A DNA stretch of 64,000 nt from the human T2T-CHM13v2.0 reference genome, Homo sapiens: NCBI RefSeq assembly GCF_009914755.1, contig NC_060933.1; one strand, given 5' to 3'. Below the pieces are notes generated by a model. That model searched no databases, was not told the DNA's origin, and saw only the letters and a list, made by a program, of their open reading frames with translations. The translations under genes were made by a program, and so were the position numbers. Shown here piece by piece: positions 54,931 to 64,000 of this stretch (positions are counted from its first letter, which is position 1; every line of letters starts with the position of its first letter).

Positions 54931-57900
54931 GTTGTGATTTCCTATTACAAGCATTTTGAGTGTCAGACCACTGTAGTAGGACTGATAATTAAGATGCATG
55001 GTGTCGTGTAATTTACAAAGCAATGGGTGCATTCATTCTCTCATTTGACCTCCAGAGAGTGGGGGGCAGGTGAGAGTCATCTCTGTACTCCCAGCCTTTA
55101 GAACTGGGTCTGGCACAGAAGCATACAGTGAATTAGAGGAATAATACATGAATAAATAAATCAACCCTGGGGAAGTGCTTTCACATCCATTTTGCAGGTG
55201 AGAAAACAGGCTCTTCAGAGAGTTTTGCCTGAAACCACATAATAATAAACTTGGTTGAGAGGAGATTTGAACTCTGATCTGCAGACCACAGGTCCTGTCC
55301 TCCCTCTTTCCTACCTGGAATGTAACAGGTTAAGTGGAGGAGAAGTCTGGGTTGGGGGTGGGGCAGGGAAAGAACATAAAGCCATGAGTGTGGTTTATTT
55401 CAGAGTTGCTTACTGATAACTTAATAAATCCCCAGGGTAGAGAGCTTGAAGAGTATTGTTTCAAATGACATCCAGATTGAGCAAAAAGATGTTAATTTTT
55501 TTTTTTCCTGTCCGGAGCCCTGTCTGCAACCTTATCCTCAGTGGCCCCAGGAAGCTGTGGGTCTGTCAAATGCCATTTCCCCAGGTGGATCAGTCATCCC
55601 AGTTGGGGATCTGGACCTTCCAGACGTGAAGGCAGAAACGAAGAGCCCATTCATCACATTGAAAGCTGACACCTGACAGAGATTCAATCCCATCTTGATG
55701 CTGGAAACTTGGAGAGAAATGGAGTGGATTAATTTTCTCAGGTACTAAAGAAAAAAGTTTCTGAATATCAAAGGTAGGACCAGAAACTGCATGAATGGCT
55801 CTACTAGAAAGCTCCACTCCAGGGCGTGGCAAATCAGGGCCTGGCTATTGGCAGTCTCTTGTTTCTAGAACATGTTTCTGGAAGATTCTTCAAATGCATG
55901 TTGCACACAAATATGTTAAGCATGAATTTACTATGCTATTTGGCACAGGGAAAATACTATATCCAAACTCTGCCTCCTTTTAAGTTGAGAATGGGCTGGA
56001 AACTTGGAGGAGGTCAGGTTCCTAAGGATGGGCTTTGCTAAGCAGAGGAATATGGGGAGGCTGCAAACTGGATTAGCCAAGAGAAAGCTAAATCGTTAAC
56101 ATTTTGTGGGGTTGAACTTAAGAATTTCTGAGTCCTGTGGAGTTCATGGACATAAGGACAAGAACAAAAGGCTGCCACATCTGAATTGCAAACCTTTTTA
56201 AAGGTCCACTGAGACCAGAGGCACTTCTACTCCAACCCTTCTGTAATCCGTGAGGCACAAGGGTAACCTTAATGGAGTTCTTGTATGTAAAGAAAGGAAC
56301 CAGATTCCCGGGCCCTTCTGAGTACCCATGATTTCTCCCCAACCTCATCTGATATGCTTTTGCCTCTGGGTGTTTGCTTACGCTGTTCCTGGTGCCTGGA
56401 ATGCATATTCCTCTTTTCCGCTCACCAAACTTTCATTTATGCTTAGAAGCATAAATCGAGTCACACCCCTTGTGTGTAAAGCCTTCCTTGGACACTCCCA
56501 GCGGAGTTGGTTACATTCTGCTTGGGATTCCCACTTTGCATATTCTTCTACTTGTCACAGGCTATTGTCTTCGTTTTGTTTGTTTGTTTTAAGAGACTGT
56601 TTCCCACAGGCAGGAAGGAGGACAGGCTTCCTATTCCCTTTCAGAAGTCCAAGGGCCAGGTAGATTCTGGTGCTTGTTAGCGGCTCCTTTTTGAAAGAAC
56701 AGGAAGGTATGAAGTCTAACCTGTTGACAACGCCAGGATGGTTTTACTTTGTATTATTCATTTTGAGCAAATTTCCAAGGGGACTTTGAGAGACCAATGG
56801 GGAACAACGTGGAGGACTCCTGAGATGCAGACTCCTGGAACTTTCCCTGTCCCTGAGTTGTGGTTCAATAGAAAATGTGCACTTAGAAAGATATCTGCCC
56901 AAGTCAAACCTGTGTCCCAGGGAAAGGGAGGGCCAGGTGGAGACGGCAGATCTCATCCCCACAGACCTCCAAAGGGCCCTTTGGCACCATGATTGCTCCC
57001 TCTTCAGTCCTTCCAAGCCCTGTTGATGTTATAATCCCTGTTATTCAAATTGCACCAGAGGAATCCATGCCAGTCCATTCTGGCTTAGTCACTTCACTCA
57101 TCAGCCCAGCATCCAGGGTGAGTCATTCAGCTTCAGGTTCCTTCACTTGTGGATAACAAAGTTGCTAACTTCATAGGATGGTTAGAAGAATTAAATAAGA
57201 GGTTATTTATTTATCCGTGTATTTATTTACACAATTTAAATGGCAGTATAACATAGACTGAAGTGCAAGAATCTTAACTGTAAGCTCAATGATTTTTTTA
57301 ACATACATGTGCAGCTGGTAACCACCACCCAGATCAAGATAGAGAATTAAATGAGATTTTAAAAGCTGACAGAAGCTTATAAACTGTAAAGCGCTGAAGA
57401 AATGTTGGTTTTGAGTATTACCAGGAGGTGGAGCCTCTTTCCCATTAAATTCCCCTCCTATAACTTCTAGGTTTCTAGAAATCATTAGCACCAGTTGCAA
57501 CACCCTAGCAAATCATTGCTGGTGCCAGGACCTTGATACCCCAGCCATGCAGAGTGGAGACACAGACCCATCCATTGCTGTTAATCTCCACATTATCAGC
57601 ATGACTTCTCTGAGTCATGTTAGCCCCTGCATCCTCCCCTTCAGGCAGCAGGATGTCCTCACAAAACAGGGCCATTGACAACACAGGTGTGCAATTTCAA
57701 TTCAGTACAATTTGATTCAAAAAGATGTGCCCTTTATGCTGGCGCTGGACAGAGAAGGGGAGAAGAAACTTTCTTGGCTGGGCCCTCCAAGGGGGCTTGA
57801 AATCTGTGAGGCTGTGGCCAGTTTATACATACCTGTGAAGGGAAGCCCACAGAGGCAAGAGCTGTGACTGTCACCCTTCTCACCCATGGGACTCTCTACC

Positions 57901-59597
57901 AGAGGGTTTCCAGACCCTCTCTCCAGTGCTGTCTACTCCTCTGGGCTGTAGCCAGCTTCTCCACTTTACCTGCTAGATTTCTCCCCTGGCTACTCTATGG
58001 CCCTCAGAACTTAGTGATTTCCTAAGAAACCCATCTTTTTACCTCTTCCACCTGGCTTTCTCCTCCTGGCTTCCCTCTTTCTCCATTCTGGCATCACTAA
58101 CTCCCAATCATCCACTCTAAGCCACATCCAAGGGTCAATTTTACACTGGCCATGGTTCTTCCTTCTGAACTTTCTCTGTCATTAGCTCCAGTGTCACCTT
58201 GAAAAGCCCCCATTCTGCCAGAGCCTCCTAACTGGCTTTCTATCAAAGCTGGAGTCCACTCCGTCACTTCCCTGACAAATGTTACCCACCCTTCCAGACC
58301 AAGGAAAACGCCTCTGCCTCCCAGAAGCACTCCTCGATTCCTTCAGTCACATGTTATTTACCTATTCCAACTGTTGACTATGGCCAGCCTTTCTCACAGT
58401 AAGTTTCTCACTCTCTCTTTCTGTCTCTGGTGTTAGGGCAGTATTTGGCCCTGGGCGATGGTGAATGAATGGATGAATGCTGCATTCAAGGCTAGACAAC
58501 ATAAGTAAAGGCAAAGCCATTGAGCTATTAATCATACTTTCAGGGACCCAAACATCTTTTAAAAGGCCAGAATATGCTAATTCAAGTGGAGGCTTTGAGA
58601 GTCTTCCTTTATCCTCTCCATCCCTGACCCTTGAGCCTATCAGAAATGGGCAGACACCTGACACCTCACACTGCTCAATGCATGAAAATGCTGAATCTAG
58701 AGAAACTTTGTCATAATTACCTACCTACTTGAAAGTACAAACTACGTAATTTGCCTTTAAGTGTTCTTAAATTAATATAAATAATGAAGTATGCTCAGAA
58801 TACTCAAGTACTGGTACATCAAATTGAAAACAATTAAAATTAAGATGGATTTGTTAGTATTGTGACTATTATTGATTAAAATGGTAATGATAAATAAGGA
58901 GAAATGTTAAGTACAACAGGGAGTTGGTAATATTTCTTCAAAGTAATCATTTTGCTGTGACTACCCAATTATTAGTACATTTAATGTGTTATTCAGTGCA
59001 ATTAATTACCCACTTTGCTTCTGGGAAGGCACTAGGAAAAAATTGCTTTCTGCCTGGAGTGGAAAAGCCACTGCTTCTGGAGTGATGTGTGATGAAGACC
59101 ACGCTCTTTGCGGATGTGGCTCCTAGCAACTCTGATAGAAGCTGCACATGCCCTTAGGGAAGAAGGGACACAACAGATATAGCAGGTTCTCACTCTCACA
59201 GTCACTTGCTTTAGTAACCATGAGAGGTGCTGGTAAGCGGGCTGGAGGATGGAATCAGGAAACCTAGCCTGAGTCTTGGCTGGGTCAACTAGTTGTGTGA
59301 CCTGAGTTTAGCTGCTGTGTCTCTCAGTGGTTCATTTTCCTCCTCTGTAGAATGGGAATAATACAACCTGTAGAGATCTCTATGTAAAGGGGACCTGTCA
59401 GTGGTGCAGATGTGCTGGGCTACAGTGATTACATGTCAAGAGCCTCAGGTCTTCCCCCAGGCTCACTCTGACTTGGAGATTTGCTTCTGGCTCCTGTAAA
59501 CCACTTCTGGGAGTCACCTCTGGCAGTGTGCCATAGGTCTGCGACATCTAAATGCAAGGTGAATGTGGAAGTTTGCATACCTGCCCTCTACCCCCAC

Positions 59598-60221
59598 CGT
59601 CAGAGGCATTTGAACCAGAGGGACTCCATCTTGAACAGGGGCTGGGTAAAATAAGGCCGAGACCTACTGGGCTGCATTCCCAGGAGGTTAGGCATTCTTA
59701 GTCACGAGATGAGATAGAAGGTCAGCAGAAGATACAGGTCACAAGACCTTGCTGATAAAATGGGTTGCGGTAAAGAAGCTGGCCAAAACTCACCAAAACC
59801 AAGATGGCGTTGAAAGTGACCTCTGGTTGTCCTCACTCCTCATTATACACTAATTACAATGCATTAGCATGCTAAAAGACACTCCCACCAGTGCCATGAT
59901 GGTTTACAAATGCCATGGCAATGTCAGGAAGTTACCCTATATGGTCTAAAAAGGGGAGGAACCCTCAGTTCCGGGAATTGCCCACACCTTTCCTGGAAAA
60001 CTCATGAATAATCCACCCCTTATTTAGCATACAATCAAGAAATAACTGTAAGTATAATCAGTCGAACAGCCCACACCACTGCTCTGCCTATGGAGTAGCC
60101 ATTCCTTTATTCTTTTACTTTTTTAAACTTGCTTTCACTTTAGTTTTTGGACTTGCCCCAAATTCTTTCTTGTCCAAGAACCCTCTGTTGGGGTCTGGAT
60201 AAGGACCCCTTTCCAGTAACA
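59598..60221 (+). mobile_element. MER41B (ERV1) solo LTR with 4-bp TSD
   Basis: (c)gtcagaggcatttgaaccagag...gggtctgga...cccctttccagtaaca; TSD ccac at 59594-59597 and 60222-60225. Confidence 0.92.
59969..59998. promoter_or_regulatory. Tandem STAT1 GAS elements within MER41B
   Basis: TTCCGGGAA at 59969-59977 and TTCCTGGAA at 59990-59998. Confidence 0.8.
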
Positions 60222-61254
60222 CCACTCCATCCTACATCCCCGATCCAGGTGATAGGCTCCACTAGCCTTCTTTTCTTTCTTTGCTGGAAAGAATGTTAGA
60301 TGGGACAAATGATGAGATAACAATTGCTGGACACTTTTACAAAGCTCTTGCCTATTTGTTTTCTTATTGTCTGTACAACCATTCTACTAGGTCAAGGAGT
60401 TTTATTAACCTCATTTTACAAACAAAGACACTAGGGTTTAGACAATAGGATCTAGAGAGGAAAAGCGACTCTCTCAAGGTCACAGAGCTAAGAAGTGGTA
60501 GCTTGTGTACTTGAACTTGAACCCTCTGACCCCAGGAACCAGGATCCCTGCCCCTTTAGCTTTCTTATATTATTGCCACATTTCCTTATCCTCGAGTCTT
60601 CCAGCTCCCAACTCTCCCCTATGCTAAGGTTCACTGTATTGTTTCATAAAGCTAATTGCTAGTTTTTACATAAAGGCTTTATTTTCTGAGCTCTAAATTG
60701 CCCAAATTAGATTTTATTAAGCTCACACGTATGATTTTCCTTGTTTTTATTAAAATTAAGTTCACTCACTTGCCATTTGCAAGGGAGTTTGAAATTAGAT
60801 TGCTTGGTATCCACGGAAACACAGGGAGAATCTTCTATGTGATCGACTTTTACCCATAGAATAGAAAAAAAAAGGCAGCTGGTAATTAGGTGCGTAATTC
60901 ATAGGCAAGCTCCAGAGCTCCGTGGCCAGGATCCTCTACTTTGTGGCTGAGCCATTATGACAGCTCTTCCGGCGTTTCCCTGTGCTGGGGAGGAGCAGGA
61001 AGGATGGGGGTGTGGGAGGAGCTGGTGTCAGTCCTAGCTCTGCCCCTTCCTCATTCTGTAGTTTTGGGAAAGGCAAGTCTCTTATCTGGGCCTCAGTTTT
61101 CCCATCTGTAAAATGGGGAATTAAGGAAGTTAGCCATGGCAAAAATATTTTATCCCACATTTTACTTCTGATTCCTGGTAGCGAATGGCTGTAACAGTGT
61201 GATGGGAAGGCTTTTCAGGTCATACCTGGACTCAGCAGAAAATCACGTCTTGAT

Positions 61255-61630
61255 TAACTCACTCATTCAGCAATTACTAATTGAGCAACTGCTGAGTACC
61301 AGGGACTCTTTCAGGCGCTGGGGAATAGGTGAACTACTTAGAAGAGGCTCAGTTCTCAGGATACAACAACTATAAAAACAGACAGCTAAATAAATTAAAT
61401 TTAAAATTATCATAAGAGAAGACAAATCAGGGAAGGTGATGCTACCTTATATTTGGGGGGATCAGCAGGAGATGATATTTGAGCTGAGACCTGAGAGGAC
61501 AAGAAAAACTCAGTCATGAGGAGATCTGGCTGCAGCCAATGTGTGGGTCACAAGGTGGGATGGAACTTGGCATGCACAAGGAACAGAGACAAAGCCAGCG
61601 TGGTAGCTGGGGGTGAGATGGTCTCAGATG
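61255..61630 (+). mobile_element. L2 3' fragment
   Basis: ctcactcattcagcaa...ttgagcaactgctgagtaccagg...atttgagctgagacctga. Confidence 0.6.
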
Positions 61631-62666
61631 GACTCAGCGTGGGAGACAGTGGCTAGATGGTGATTGATTTGTTATGTCTGCCATTGACAAGGGAGCAGGG
61701 AGCCTCACTGGTGTGTGCTCCCTATTTGTAATCCCTGGACTAAATGATCTCAGCAGTGACATTCCAGGATCTTGTAGGCAAGGGCCCCTTCCCAGTATAG
61801 GGGTGTGGCTTCCAGAAGGAAGTTGTGGTTGTATTACTTCCAATAGGGTGGGTAGGGAGGGAAGAGTCCTTTGGGAAAGGGGTTGCCATTTGAACTGGGC
61901 TTTGAAGGATGCTCATTTCCATACAAAAGGGCGACATGTCCTTCTCCCTGGTACCTATTTTAGCCTGAAGAATCTGGGCTGCTTCTTTAGCAATTTAGGC
62001 AAGGTGTAGCCTGCCATGGGTAAGGAAGACTATCTGTTGGCCGTTAGTCAGGTGACATAGACAGGACACTTCAGTTTTTCTGAGCCATAGTTCCTTCATC
62101 TTTAAAATGAGACAGCAATAAAATTTACCCCTCAGAGTTTTGTGAGAATTAAGTAATAAATTGGCACAAAAAACTTTATGAAATATACCAGCATTTTAAT
62201 ATTTATAATTTATATATGAAACAGCCTTAATACAATATTGACACTATTAAATACGATTAGTAAGATTTAAAACTTTTTGTTATTATTAGGATGACTCTTG
62301 ATGCTCATCCCTCAGAAGAACTTCATGATTTTTTCCTGAGTATAAATTGTCACAGCTTTTGTGGAAAACAATGAGCAGTGTGCATCAATGGCTTAAAAAA
62401 TATTCTTTTTGCCCAGGAATTCTACTTCTTAGAATTTAACAAAAATAAATAAGTGGACTTCTGCTTCTGGCCATGGTTGAGTAGCCTATAGCAGCCTAAT
62501 GCTCCTGCTAAGAACTAGAAACACTGAACAAAATACAAAAGAAAAGTTGTGTGTATTCACCCAATGGAATAATATACAGCAATGAAAATGAATTATTGCT
62601 ACAAGAAAAACATCATGGATGAATCTTACAAACAATGTTGAGCAAAGGAACCAGATGCAAAATCTA

Positions 62667-62791
62667 GGCCAGGCAGGGTGGCTTACACCTGTAATCCCAG
62701 CCCTTTGGAAGGCCAAGGTGGGAGGATTGCTTTAGCCCAGGAGTTCAAGACCAGCCTGGGTAACATAGTGAGACCCCATCTCATAAAAAAA
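62667..62791 (+). mobile_element. FLAM_C / AluJ left monomer
   Basis: ggccaggc..ggtggcttacacctgtaatcccagc...ggaggattgctttagcccaggagttc...ccccatctc plus A-run. Confidence 0.9.
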
Positions 62792-62799
62792 GCCCCATG

Positions 62800-64000
62800 T
62801 CTACTCCTTCTGGAATATCCACCTGGCTCAGCCTGCCTGTTTCGACTCCTGCCTCCATCACATCCATCAGAGTGACCCAGAAGTCCTCTGGCCCCTGGGC
62901 CTTCAGCAGCTGCACCTACGTGAGTGGGCCTGGCGTCTGCATCAGCTCCTTGAGCTGCTCCCGAGTGGGGAGCAGCAGCTTTCGGGGTGGCCTGGGTGGA
63001 GGCTATGGTGGGGCCAGTGGCATGGGAGGCATCATCGCCATCATGGTCAACCAGAGCCTGTTGAGCCCCCTTAACCTGGAGGTGGACCCCAACATCCAGG
63101 CCGTGTGTACCCAGGAGAAGGAGCAGATCAAGACCCTCAACAACAAGTTTGCCTCCTTCATCGACAAGGTATGGTTCCTGGAGCAGCAGAACAAGGTGCT
63201 GGAGACCAAGTGGAGCCTCCTGCAGCAGCAGAAGATGGCTCGGAGTAACATGGACAACATGTTGGAGAGCTACATCAACAACCTTAGGCAGCAGCTGGAG
63301 ACTCTGGGCCAGGAGAAGCTGAAGCTGGAAGCAGAGCTTGGCAACATGCAGGGGCTGGGGGAGGACTTCAAGAACAAGTATGAGGATGAGATCAATAAGC
63401 ATACGGAGGTGGAGAATGAATTTGTCCTCATCAAGAAGGATGTTGATGAAGCTTACATGAGCAAGGCAGAACTGGAGTCCCTCCTGGAAGGGCTGACTGA
63501 CGAGATCAACTTCCTCAGGCAGCTGTATGAAGAGGAGATCCGGGAGCTGCAGTCCCAGATCTCCGACATGTCTATGGTGCTGTCCATGGACTACAGCTGC
63601 TCTCGGGACATGGACAGCATCATCCCTGAGGTCAAGGTGCAGTATGAGGAGATTGCCAACTGCAGCCGGGCTGAGGCTGAGAGCATGTACCAGATCAAGT
63701 ATGAGGAGCTGCAGACGCTGGCTGGGAAGTACGGGGATGACCTAAGGCGCACAAAGACTGAGATCTCCGAGATGAACCGGAACATCAGCTGGCTCCAGGC
63801 TGAGACCGAGGGCCTCAAAGGCCAGAGGGCTTCCCTGGAGGCCGCCATCACAGATGCCGAGCAGCGTGGGGAGCTGGCTGTTAAGGATGCCAACGCCAAG
63901 CTGTCCGAGCTGGAGGCCGCCCTGCAGCGGGCCAAGCAGGACATGATGGGGCAGCTGCGTGAGTACCAGGAGCTGATGAACGTCGGGCTTACCCTGGACA
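62800..64000 (+). pseudogene. KRT8P11: Keratin 8 processed pseudogene (retrocopy); reading frame open to the window edge
   Basis: Intronless match to KRT8 mRNA, from 5'UTR to SIRVTQKS...[20 protein letters not shown]...[12 protein letters not shown]. Parental ATG reads ACA (62860-62862); 15-bp in-frame deletion after ~62886. KRT8 origin is secure; the number 11 is recalled, not verified. Confidence 0.95.

Noticed and set aside
62683-63402. 239-aa minus-strand ORF
   Set aside because: Antisense shadow of the keratin coding frame, running into an Alu.

Overview
Primate (almost certainly human) intergenic DNA dominated by interspersed repeats: L1, Alu, MIR, L2, MaLR/ERVL/ERV1 solo LTRs and hAT DNA-transposon fossils. 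I see no spliced host protein-coding exons, and nearly all ORFs in the track are repeat-derived or chance. Recognisable non-repeat features are a 3'-truncated 7SK retrocopy (41715-41950), a KRT8 processed retrocopy running off the right edge (from ~62800), an orphan CpG island (~54040-54650) and a 54/55-bp VNTR (~6714-7420). From memory, unverified, this pairing fits 9q22.33 (RN7SKP225 + KRT8P11). The most notable observation is that the KRT8 copy lost its ATG but has an in-frame ATG at the insertion junction (62797) and stays open for 401 codons to the window end. It lies ~2.6 kb downstream of a same-strand MER41B LTR with two intact STAT1 GAS sites. Other points of interest: a higher-order VNTR with a hairpin and TEAD motif in each unit, a 200-bp palindromic element, short L1 3'-transduction candidates, an internally deleted L1 and a Charlie transposase fossil. 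Repeat subfamily names are by eye and boundaries of old repeats are approximate. No novel biological system can be demonstrated from sequence alone.
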